DNA of 32,000 nt, from assembly GCA_963692945.1 (NCBI GenBank), contig OY843585.1, forward strand, positions 780,001 through 812,000, read 5' to 3'. Positions 16,799-25,220 of the stretch are shown one piece after another. The notes under the pieces are model-generated. The model saw only the letters and a list, made by a program, of their open reading frames with translations. It was not told the origin of the DNA and did not search any database. Source of the stretch: Bdellovibrionales bacterium (lineage in GTDB: Bacteria > Bdellovibrionota > Bdellovibrionia > Bdellovibrionales > UBA1609). A program made the translations under genes and the position numbers. Each line of letters opens with the position of its first letter. Position 1 is the first letter of the stretch.

Positions 16799-17491
16799 AT
16801 GAGTGCCAAAACAAGAAAGAAGAGAAAACTTAAAATTTTAAAAAGAGACAATTATCTTTGTGGAATTCATTTATCAGGTTGTAGAAAGGAAATAAGATTT
16901 GATGAAGCAACAATAGATCATATCATACCAAAAAATATTCTTAAAACTTTTCCAGTAGAAGATAGAAGAAAAATAGAAAAAAACAATTTGAATTTTCAAC
17001 CAATGTGTAGTGAATGTAATAATGATAATAAAAAAGGAGAGTTTTCATTAAATGAGCATTTTTCACAACCACAAAAATGTTCTTGTCATAAAATATCTTT
17101 TAAAAAAGAAAAAGATAAAATTTATTTAGAAATATATTTTAGAGATGATGAAGAGAATCTATATGGTAAAATACTTTTACCGGAATTTACTATTAAAAAG
17201 GAAAAAAATGGCATTGAAGAGTATATTTTTTTCTCATTATTAGGAAAAATAAAACATCAAGAAAAAAACAAAATAGGATTTGGAATGAAATCTCATGGTG
17301 CCTTAGTTGAAAAAAATGTCGTTTATTTTCAATTATATGAGCAATATAAAAATAAAAATCCAAAATTAGCTCTAGAATATATTACCGAATGCATTTCTTA
17401 TGTAAAAAATAATTGGTGTATTTCAAAAGAAGATAAAGAGAAATCTTTAATTTTTTACTTAACTGAAAAATCATTTTTAAACACAAAATAA
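16799..17491 (+). CDS. HNH endonuclease with a ~140-aa C-terminal domain of unknown function
   Basis: The zinc-finger HNH signature is present: CGIHLSGC .. ATIDHIIPK .. NLNFQPMCSECNNDNKKG (CxxC...DH-x-x-P...N...CxxCN-x-x-K). It starts 9 nt after the stop of the upstream gene and has no signal peptide. Confidence 0.8.
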   Translation: MSAKTRKKRKLKILKRDNYLCGIHLSGCRKEIRFDEATIDHIIPKNILKTFPVEDRRKIEKNNLNFQPMCSECNNDNKKGEFSLNEHFSQPQKCSCHKISFKKEKDKIYLEIYFRDDEENLYGKILLPEFTIKKEKNGIEEYIFFSLLGKIKHQEKNKIGFGMKSHGALVEKNVVYFQLYEQYKNKNPKLALEYITECISYVKNNWCISKEDKEKSLIFYLTEKSFLNTK

Positions 17492-17516
17492 ATAATTATG
17501 AAGGATTAATTTCAGA

Positions 17517-17765
17517 TTATGAATATTTAATAGAGCTACAACCCTCCAAATCATATAGATTTAAGAAGATATTCTTATCTGAAATCAACCTTAAATAGTG
17601 TTTAATCGTTGGAGAAATCCCATTAATAATTAACTGACATTTATATTGTCCAATAATATCTTTTTGTATTTTCTCGATATCACTTAATGATGTAATAATT
17701 TTTTTAAAAAAAATACAATATCTTTTAGGACTATATTCTTTAACTTTGTCTCTAACAATTCTCAT
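17517..17765 (-). CDS. Doubtful 82-aa ORF (possibly a remnant; ..GISPTIKHYLRL.. faintly resembles the N-terminal domain of a tyrosine recombinase)
   Basis: No SD precedes the start. It sits alone between the HNH gene and the R-M gene on the opposite strand, and its composition is that of AT-rich intergenic DNA. Confidence 0.2.
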   Translation of the reverse strand: MRIVRDKVKEYSPKRYCIFFKKIITSLSDIEKIQKDIIGQYKCQLIINGISPTIKHYLRLISDKNIFLNLYDLEGCSSIKYS

Positions 17766-17965
17766 TATATGAGGAGTTATAGATTTGTTAAAATTTTTAA
17801 TAGGTTCTTTATTTTCTAGTTAGTGTTATTAACCATCCCATCAATAATAGTTATCAATGGGTAACTATAAGAAATTTCTTAAATCTTTTTGGCATGAATT
17901 ATCATAAAATAAACAATGCGTTAAAATCAGATCATTTTTTAATTATTTGATATAACATTCATTAT

Positions 17966-20900
17966 ATGTCAATACAGGAAAATATATCTCATTATATACA
18001 GCATATTAATTCCTCTTCTAACGAAGCACAAATTAAAACACAGTTTATTATTTTATTAGGGTTGTTATTTCCTGAAAAGAGTAAGCAATTACGCGATTTT
18101 GCTCAAGGAACTGAACATTTTATAAAGTATACTACTAAAAGCACTAAAGAAAATAATAGAGGTTTTATAGATTCTTTTTATGGAAATTTAATTATTGAAT
18201 TTAAATACAAACTACATAGAGAAGATCATGAAAAACAATTAAAAGAATATATTTCGAAAATTTGGTCAAACCAAGAGGAAAAAGAATCTTATATTTGTAT
18301 TGGCTCCGATGGAATTGAGTGGATTTTATATTCTCCACTACTTAAAGAAAATGAAAATCAAGATTCATTGGATTATAATCGTATTGATCCAGATCATATT
18401 AGATTAGTTAAAAATGAAATTTATATTGCTAAAAAAGAAAAGAGCGAAGAGTTTTATCAATGGTTAGATAGAATATTTTTTAGAGAGAATAATTTAAAAC
18501 CAACGAGCAAGTTAATTTGTACTGATTTTGGTGAAAGTAGTTTTTCTTGTCAATCATCAAAAGATATTTTGCATAAACTTTTTAATCGAGCAAAAAATAT
18601 AAAAGAAGTAAAAGTTGCATTTTCCACTTGGCAAGAATATTTAAAATACACCTATGGGAATATCATAGGTTCATCTAATTTATTTTTATCTCATACATAT
18701 TTAAGTGGATTTATAAAACTTTTAATGGCTCATATTATAGCTGATAGAAATGAAAGAAAATTATCTATATCAGATATTCCAGATATTTTAACAGGTAAAT
18801 TTTTCTATGAACTTAATATAAAAAATTATGTAGAAAAGGATTTCTTTTTTTGGATTAATTTTGGTGAAATTTCTGATGTTGGAATTAAAATATGGCAACC
18901 CTTGTTTCATGCCTTGAAGACTTATGATTTCTCTAAAATAAATACAGATTTTCTTAAAGATATTTATCAAGATTTAATCGACCCTGAGGATAGACATGAT
19001 TTAGGTGAATATTATACTCCAGATTGGTTATGTGAAAAAATAGTATGTAAAGCTTTAAAAAATTTCAATAGAGAAAAAAATGAAAAAATTGCTGATATCA
19101 CATGTGGCTCGGGAAGTTTTTTAAAAGTTGCTATAAGTTATCTACGTAATAAAAAGTATTTAAATTCTATAGATGAAATATCTAATTCTGTAATAGGCTT
19201 TGAAATTCATCCTCTAGCGGTATTTATTGCTAGAACCAATTACATGTTAGTTTTAGAAGATTTACTCCATAGCCTTTCTAAACCATTTACAATCCCAATT
19301 TATTTATGTGATTCATTATTAAATAATGAAATGAATCAATCTGAATCACTTAAAGATAATAAATTTCAGATTTCTATTAGTAATGAAAAAATTAATTTTC
19401 CAATAAATAATTTATTAACAGATAAAAATTTTGATGAAATTATAGATTATATTGAGAATCTTATTGAATCTATGAGGGAGCAAAAAAAAGACTTCACAGT
19501 TCATCAGTTTAATTTTTATATGAAAAATTTTATTATTTCTAAATATAGTTTACATGACACAGTAAAAAGAAGAGAATTAATTGAAAGTTTTTCTAATTTA
19601 GCTTTTAAAATATCTAAAAATTATCATGGGAGTTCAGTTATTTTTTATGTTATAAAAAATAACTACCGTCCAGCTTTTATGCGAAATTTTTTTACGACAA
19701 TTATAGGAAATCCTCCTTGGCTATCATTTAGATATATAGAAAGTGAAGACTACAGAGATGAATTGGAGTATCTTGGTTTAAAAAAATATAAAATAGCACC
19801 TAAAGATTCTAATCTTAGAACTCAAATGGAATTAGCAACTATATTTTTAGCTCATAGCGTAGATTACTATTTAAAAGAAAGAGGTGAGGTATTCTTTGTA
19901 ATGCCTCGATCAATTTATTCAGCTAACCAACATGATGAATTTAGAAATATAAGTTATGATTTAGATATGAAACTTAAAGAAATTTGGGATTTAACAGATG
20001 TCAGACCTTTGTTTAAAATTCCTTCTTGTGTAATCATGGCTGAAAAAACAAAAAAGATAAAAATTAAGAATTTAAATGGTGTGATTATATCAGGAAAATT
20101 ACCCTCTCAAAATTGTAACTATAAAGAAGCTAAAAATAATCTGATAAGGAAAAGTGGATTTTATAATATTAAAAAAATAAATCAGAGTTCTGCAATTAAT
20201 TTTAGTGATAAATCTTTAGTTTCTTCTGATATAAATATTATCAAACTGGATCTTTATTATAAGAAAAGATTCAAACAGGGTGCTACTATTGTTCCAAGAA
20301 ATTTTTATTTTATAGATAGTAAAGATTGTCTTTCTAGCAAGAAGGTTGTAACAATTTCCACAAATGAGCATATTAACAAAAATGCTAAATCACCCTATAA
20401 AAATGTCTTATTAAAAGGAAGGACTGAAATAAAATTTATTTTTAAAACATGTATTGCAGAAAATATCCTTCCCTTTGCTGTGATAAATCCTTTTTTAGTG
20501 CATTTGCCAATTCAAAAGACTCAAAATACTTGGTCTTATATTTCTCCATCTAAAATGCAAAGCGAAGGAAAGATTAATTCAGGAAAATGGTTCAATGAAG
20601 TTGAGAAAAAATATCACTCACTTTCTAATGGGAAAATGACATTTTTTGAACGAATAAATTATCATAATGGATTACTAAGCCAAAATCCAGAGGAAAAATA
20701 TTGGATTTTATATTGTGCGAGTGGAAAACATATGTGTGCTGCTTTTTACGAAAATAAAGATCTATTTTGGGTTGATAGCAAATTATATTGGCATACTCTA
20801 AAAACCAAAAAAGAAGCTCATTATCTAGCTGGTGTTTTAAATGCTACATCTTTAAATGAGATGATTAAACCATTTCAAACACAAGGGTTGTTAGGAGAAA

Positions 20901-21136
20901 GAGATATTCATAAAAAGATACTTGATATAGGTATTCCTCGTTATAATTCAGAAAATGAACTAATTGTAAATATATCGAAGCTGGCAGAAAATTTATCTAA
21001 AAAGATTCAAAAATATGTAAAATCTTTAGAACACGTACAATCTCTTGGTCATAAAAGAAATAAAATTAGAAAAAATTTTAAAGAGAGTTTTTTAGAAATT
21101 GATGAAAGTGTAGAAAAACTTTTTCAAAGAAAATAA
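17966..21136 (+). CDS. Single-polypeptide restriction-modification enzyme, MmeI-like (type IIL/IIG): N-terminal PD-ExK nuclease, gamma-class N6-adenine DNA methyltransferase and C-terminal target-recognition region
   Basis: Residues 65-80, RGFIDSFYGNLIIEFK (D69-X8-E78-X-K80), resemble the MmeI catalytic segment RGFVDLFWPGILLIEMK as I recall it. GEYYTPDWL is at 347-355, motif I ADITCGSGSFL at ~375-385 and motif IV IIGNPPWL at 579-586. About 470 aa follow motif IV. No separate M or S gene is nearby. Confidence 0.8.
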   Translation: MSIQENISHYIQHINSSSNEAQIKTQFIILLGLLFPEKSKQLRDFAQGTEHFIKYTTKSTKENNRGFIDSFYGNLIIEFKYKLHREDHEKQLKEYISKIWSNQEEKESYICIGSDGIEWILYSPLLKENENQDSLDYNRIDPDHIRLVKNEIYIAKKEKSEEFYQWLDRIFFRENNLKPTSKLICTDFGESSFSCQSSKDILHKLFNRAKNIKEVKVAFSTWQEYLKYTYGNIIGSSNLFLSHTYLSGFIKLLMAHIIADRNERKLSISDIPDILTGKFFYELNIKNYVEKDFFFWINFGEISDVGIKIWQPLFHALKTYDFSKINTDFLKDIYQDLIDPEDRHDLGEYYTPDWLCEKIVCKALKNFNREKNEKIADITCGSGSFLKVAISYLRNKKYLNSIDEISNSVIGFEIHPLAVFIARTNYMLVLEDLLHSLSKPFTIPIYLCDSLLNNEMNQSESLKDNKFQISISNEKINFPINNLLTDKNFDEIIDYIENLIESMREQKKDFTVHQFNFYMKNFIISKYSLHDTVKRRELIESFSNLAFKISKNYHGSSVIFYVIKNNYRPAFMRNFFTTIIGNPPWLSFRYIESEDYRDELEYLGLKKYKIAPKDSNLRTQMELATIFLAHSVDYYLKERGEVFFVMPRSIYSANQHDEFRNISYDLDMKLKEIWDLTDVRPLFKIPSCVIMAEKTKKIKIKNLNGVIISGKLPSQNCNYKEAKNNLIRKSGFYNIKKINQSSAINFSDKSLVSSDINIIKLDLYYKKRFKQGATIVPRNFYFIDSKDCLSSKKVVTISTNEHINKNAKSPYKNVLLKGRTEIKFIFKTCIAENILPFAVINPFLVHLPIQKTQNTWSYISPSKMQSEGKINSGKWFNEVEKKYHSLSNGKMTFFERINYHNGLLSQNPEEKYWILYCASGKHMCAAFYENKDLFWVDSKLYWHTLKTKKEAHYLAGVLNATSLNEMIKPFQTQGLLGERDIHKKILDIGIPRYNSENELIVNISKLAENLSKKIQKYVKSLEHVQSLGHKRNKIRKNFKESFLEIDESVEKLFQRK

Positions 21137-21409
21137 TTAAAGATCAACCTCTGTATAAGGAAGGAAAGTATCTCTAGATGCCTTTTCATTTTTAATTTTA
21201 GTCTCTCTTTGTATACTATATGCTATAAATCCATTCTTTGTTTGTTTAATAGAGCATTTTATATTTTCTAAAGGTTTTAAAGTAAGAAATCTTCCGTCTT
21301 CAATTATATTTTTTGCATTTAATGAGATAGCACGACCAAGTTTATCAACACCTTTTCCGATACCTTGAACTTCATCAAACCATTCAACAATGACTTCTGC
21401 TAAATCCAC
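21137..21409 (-). CDS. Small protein with cold-shock-domain/OB-fold-like N-terminal half (tentative)
   Basis: The start is GTG, preceded by AGGGGG with 8-nt spacing. VIVEWFDEVQGIGKGVDKLGRAISLNAKNI..DGRFLTLKP follows the CSD spacing pattern (V-x-WF-x3-G-x-G..G..I/V-x-L/H..I) with degenerate RNP motifs. Its stop directly abuts the stop of the convergent R-M gene. Confidence 0.45.
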   Translation of the reverse strand: MDLAEVIVEWFDEVQGIGKGVDKLGRAISLNAKNIIEDGRFLTLKPLENIKCSIKQTKNGFIAYSIQRETKIKNEKASRDTFLPYTEVDL

Positions 21410-21868
21410 AGTAAACCCCCTATCAAGATAAAATATAGATTTTTCTCAAAGATTTCAAGATTTAAATAAGCACTTTGAAAGCAGAATCTAATAACGGATA
21501 GTAGCTATCAGTTAGATGAGTGGACTATTTCAAATTCAGCGGCCTTTCTGAGGGACTATCTAAAAAAAGACTACATTCAACATGTTTTTAAGATTAAAGA
21601 CCAAGAAGAAAAACCACAGGATATTGAGGAAGAGACGAATTAAGAGGATGTAGACTAAAAGAGCATTTTTAAGACAAAATAACATATTTACTGCCTTGAC
21701 TTTGGACTAAATGGAACTATCTTGCTCAATAAGTGAAGTGACATCTGCTGCACTTTAATAAAGATCTTTTGGAAGGAAAATTGGAAAAATCAATTCGTAA
21801 CGATATCTTGAACTTTATACAAAGCCTTCCTTATTGGCAAAAGTATCTTTCAGCATTTTTAAGTTGCT

Positions 21869-22057
21869 TTAATTAGAGTTAGTAAAAGTAGTTTCTTTAC
21901 TTTTTAATATAGAAAATTTTTTAAATGGTTTATGAATTTCAGAGTGGGTAGATTTTTTATTTGTTAAACCTAGAGTCTTAAAAACTTGTTCAACCCTTCC
22001 TATTCCTGATATGTTTAAATTATTAGAATTTCGGACTTGTTTACTTTTTTTACTCAT
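21869..22057 (-). CDS. Small basic hypothetical protein (62 aa)
   Basis: A strong SD (AAGGGGAGATAAGG) precedes the internal ATG at 22057 (MSKKSKQVRNS..). The track start at 22090 has no SD. Confidence 0.45.
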   Translation of the reverse strand: MSKKSKQVRNSNNLNISGIGRVEQVFKTLGLTNKKSTHSEIHKPFKKFSILKSKETTFTNSN

Positions 22058-22171
22058 CCTTATCTCCCCTTTTAAATACCTTACTATCATATATTATCGT
22101 CAAATTAAAAGAAAAAAGTAAAGTCTAACATATTATATAGCTATTATAATAAAAAACTTTTGGAACAAGAA

Positions 22172-22247
<76 letters not shown>

Positions 22248-22271
22248 AAAAATAGAATTAAGTAAGTTTTT

Positions 22272-22714
22272 ATCGGATTTATGTCTAGAGTCAAGCTTTG
22301 CTGAATTAAAAGGAGGTTCATTAAATAACTAGGTGAGTGACTAAATTAAACTAAGCTAAACTCTACCTAAAATTTTAAACAATCGGATTTACATCTAGAG
22401 TCAAGCTTTGCTGGATTAAAAGGAGGTTCATTAAATAACTAGGTGAATGACTAAACTATACTAAACTAAGCTAAACTCTGCCTAAAAGTTTAAACAATCG
22501 GATTTATATCTAGAGTCAAGCTTTGCTGAATTAAAAGGAGGTTCATTAAATAACTAGGTGAATGACTAAACTATACTAAACTAAGCTAAACTCTGCCTAA
22601 AATTTTAAACCATCGGATTTATATCTAGAGTCAAGCTTTGCTGAATTAAAAGGAGGTTCATTAAATAACTAGGTGAGTGACTAAACTAAACCTAACCTAA
22701 AATTTTAAACAATC
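22272..22714. repeat. Four tandem copies of a 110-115 bp unit (atcggattta[ty][ag]tctagagtcaagctttgctg[ag]attaaaaggaggttcattaaataactaggtga..)
   Basis: Copies start at 22272, 22382, 22497 and 22612. The first ~70 nt are nearly identical. The distal part is a variable ctaaact/ctaagct micro-repeat tract ending in cctaaaattttaaaca. Confidence 0.95.
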
Positions 22715-22831
22715 TTTAAAAGCACTATAAATAAAGACCATGGTCTTGCTTTGTATTCTTATCATTTATAAAGACTTCAGATTAAGGTTAAAATAAACCC
22801 TAGGGCTTTTTGAATGAGAAGGGAGAAATTT

Positions 22832-24214
22832 ATGACTTTAAAAAACTTTAAATTTAAAAGAGTTGTTTTCTTTCTTTTTAGTTTAAGTTTTCTTTTTTTG
22901 AGTCATTGTTTAGCAGCGAATTACAATTCTGTTTTGTTGTTTCCTTCTGTGGGTGAGGAGACTTCTCTTCCTGATTCCACTTACTTTTATTTTGATCTGG
23001 ATGAAAGTCACTATGATCGTTTAGGAGTTGATGTTCCTCTTTATGAAATCAGCACAACAGAACATTATGGAGATGCTCAAGATAGAGATAGTGTTTCTAA
23101 TTGTGAAGTGGAATACAATTTTGATGATGATGGAGATCCTGAAGATAATTTTTCTGAAAATAAAATTTGTATTTTGGATATTATGGAGTATGACTTGGTT
23201 GTGAATGATTTAAGAATTGTTTATAACATTCCAGAAGGAATGTGTAGGTATGTTCGCACCACACCTCCTTGGCATTACAACTATAAAACAGGGGTGGGAC
23301 CAGGTGAAGTTAGTCAATGTGAACCACCAGAAGCTGGTGAAGATGAAGAATCAACACTAGAACCCTACTATTGTGCTGATACTGCTAATACTACTGATAA
23401 TCCAACAGGAAGTATAAATCCATCTGCACTACTTTTTTCAGGCCTACCAACAATAGGATCAGAAACATATACATGTCCAGGAATTACAACTGCTAGCGCA
23501 GTATGTGCAAAAGAAGTTGAGGATCTTTGTGCTTACAATTATCCTGGGGATGATGGTGAGACCATCTCTTGCTGTTACGGTGAATATGAGATTACTAGTG
23601 ATAGTAGTACGGAAGAATGGGGAGGTTCTGATGGCTTACAACAATGTTTAGGTGGACCAGGCCGAACAAGTTGGGAGCATCTTAATGATGAAGGTTTCCC
23701 TGCAAGACTTATAGAGCAGGTTTCTGAATTTGGTGTAAGGGGAGCTTTTGAAGTTAAAAATTTATTGGATGCAACGGACGGTCGTCCTTATTTTAGTACT
23801 CCCACTGCGAATTATCTTAAAGTATTAGATAAAGACCCTGAAGATTTAAGGGATGATGTGTCTAGAGCAAATGACCTCCCTGAATTTTTACAACAACCAC
23901 TAAACCGTCTTGCTCCTAATCTTTTTTTTGATGTGGAGTGTTTGGATTCAGGTGGTGAGGTTTTACATAAATTGCAGCTTATGGTGAGAGAGTGGAACAC
24001 TCATGAAGAGTTTATAGAGTTTTATGATTCAGGAGGCTCTGAAGGTCCAGACCCTGATATTGATGGAGAAGAGGGTGAGGAGTGTGATTATGAAGAAAGA
24101 GAGGTGTTAGAGGGTGAACCTGAACCTTGTAATGACTCTATTGATTTTGATGATATTAAAAAGCTTGGAAATACAATATTTCCAAATGCTACTTATGGTG
24201 GAAGTGGTAATTAG
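22832..24214 (+). CDS. Secreted, highly acidic, cysteine-rich protein of unknown function
   Basis: AGGGAG lies 6 nt upstream of the ATG at 22832; the track start at 22814 has no SD. It has a signal peptide (..VVFFLFSLSFLFLSHCLA), many D/E runs and more than 15 Cys residues. Confidence 0.65.
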   Translation: MTLKNFKFKRVVFFLFSLSFLFLSHCLAANYNSVLLFPSVGEETSLPDSTYFYFDLDESHYDRLGVDVPLYEISTTEHYGDAQDRDSVSNCEVEYNFDDDGDPEDNFSENKICILDIMEYDLVVNDLRIVYNIPEGMCRYVRTTPPWHYNYKTGVGPGEVSQCEPPEAGEDEESTLEPYYCADTANTTDNPTGSINPSALLFSGLPTIGSETYTCPGITTASAVCAKEVEDLCAYNYPGDDGETISCCYGEYEITSDSSTEEWGGSDGLQQCLGGPGRTSWEHLNDEGFPARLIEQVSEFGVRGAFEVKNLLDATDGRPYFSTPTANYLKVLDKDPEDLRDDVSRANDLPEFLQQPLNRLAPNLFFDVECLDSGGEVLHKLQLMVREWNTHEEFIEFYDSGGSEGPDPDIDGEEGEECDYEEREVLEGEPEPCNDSIDFDDIKKLGNTIFPNATYGGSGN

Positions 24215-24303
24215 TCATAGTTTTTAGTTGTTTAAGCCTGAATGATTTTTGGGTTAAAAAATTCTAATTGTTTAAATTTGAAAAATCTTATAAGAGTCAT
24301 TCT

Positions 24304-24954
24304 ATGAAACTTTATATTTACGATCATTGTCCTTATTGTGTGAAAGCCCGAATGATTTTTGGATTGAAAAAAGTCCCAGTCCAATTGATTTGTTTTTCAA
24401 ATGATGATGAGAAAACTCCTATTTCAATGATAGGGGCAAAAATGGTTCCCATTTTAGAAAAAGGAAAAAAAGATTTTATGCCAGAGAGTTTGGATATTAT
24501 TTCTTATATTGATAAAATGAATAACAAAACTTTAGTGTCATGGAAAACCAATAGAAAATTATCTAACTGGATGGATAAAAACAGCACACTTTGTTATGAA
24601 TTGGCCATGCCTCGTTGGGTGAAGGCTCCTTTGGATGAATTTAAAACTCAAAAAGCAAGAAGTTATTTTCAGAAGAAAAAAGAAGAATATATTGGTCCTT
24701 TTAAAGATTGTTTGAATAATACAAAAGAGCTTCTTGAAGAGATAACAGAGGAATTAAAAGTTTTGGAATCTATGTTTGATAAAAAGCAAAAGTTTTTTTC
24801 CAATTCTTTGAGTGTAAATGATTTTCATCTTTTTGCTTTTTTACGATCTCTTAGTATTGTAAAAGGTTTATCTTTCCCAGAGAAGATAAAATATTATAGT
24901 AAGACCATGTCTCAACAAAGCCGAGTGCCTCTTCATCATTCCATTGCGATTTAA
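24304..24954 (+). CDS. grxB: Glutaredoxin 2 (GST-fold glutaredoxin)
   Basis: MKLYIYDHCPYCVKARMIFGLKKVPV.. nearly matches the N-terminus of E. coli Grx2, including the CPYC active site. Further matches are MVPILEK..FMPESLDIISYID and the C-terminal ..LHHSIAI. It is 216 aa from the ATG at 24304; the track start at 24268 is TTG. Confidence 0.9.
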   Translation: MKLYIYDHCPYCVKARMIFGLKKVPVQLICFSNDDEKTPISMIGAKMVPILEKGKKDFMPESLDIISYIDKMNNKTLVSWKTNRKLSNWMDKNSTLCYELAMPRWVKAPLDEFKTQKARSYFQKKKEEYIGPFKDCLNNTKELLEEITEELKVLESMFDKKQKFFSNSLSVNDFHLFAFLRSLSIVKGLSFPEKIKYYSKTMSQQSRVPLHHSIAI

Positions 24955-24960
24955 TATGAT

Positions 24961-25107
24961 TGCAAAACTCTAGTTCAAAAAAGATATTTCCAACTCTTAT
25001 TTTAACGAGCTTTTCATCGCAAGAGAGACGCTCTTCAAATCTCGTTAAAATAAGAGTTGCTTAACAGGCTTATGTTTTAACTAGAGAAAACCTACTGGTT
25101 TTTGCAG
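24961..25107. repeat. Left terminal inverted repeat, itself a nested hairpin
   Basis: The inner stem AACTCTTATTTTAACGAG pairs with CTCGTTAAAATAAGAGTT around a 31-nt loop. The outer stem CTCTAGTTCAAAA pairs with TTTTAACTAGAG. Confidence 0.85.
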
Positions 25108-25109
25108 GT

Positions 25110-25220
25110 ATTATTTTTGACCATTTTGCCGATGCTGGGAAAATGGTCAGAATGCCTAAAGGAGCTGAAAAGACAATAGATGAACTTATGCTCACTCGCT
25201 ATGCTAGGCTTAAACCCTGA
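25110..25220 (+). pseudogene. Truncated DinD-like (DNA-damage-inducible protein D family) fragment
   Basis: The frame reads ..DHFADAGKMVRMPKGAEKTIDELMLTRYARLKP*. This resembles the family core (hF.d..KMv..G.Ga.r.IdD..LsRYACYLi) but stops within it and lacks an N-terminus and a start codon. Confidence 0.35.

Noticed and set aside
18788-18970. Minus-strand 60-aa ORF inside the R-M gene.
   Set aside because: It is antisense in AT-rich coding sequence and is spurious.
22272-22714. Possibility that the 110-115 bp repeat array is a CRISPR array.
   Set aside because: The units are contiguous with no unique spacers, at ~115 bp they are far longer than CRISPR repeats, and no cas genes are in the window.
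23812-24000. Minus-strand 62-aa ORF inside the acidic secreted-protein gene.
   Set aside because: It is an antisense chance ORF.
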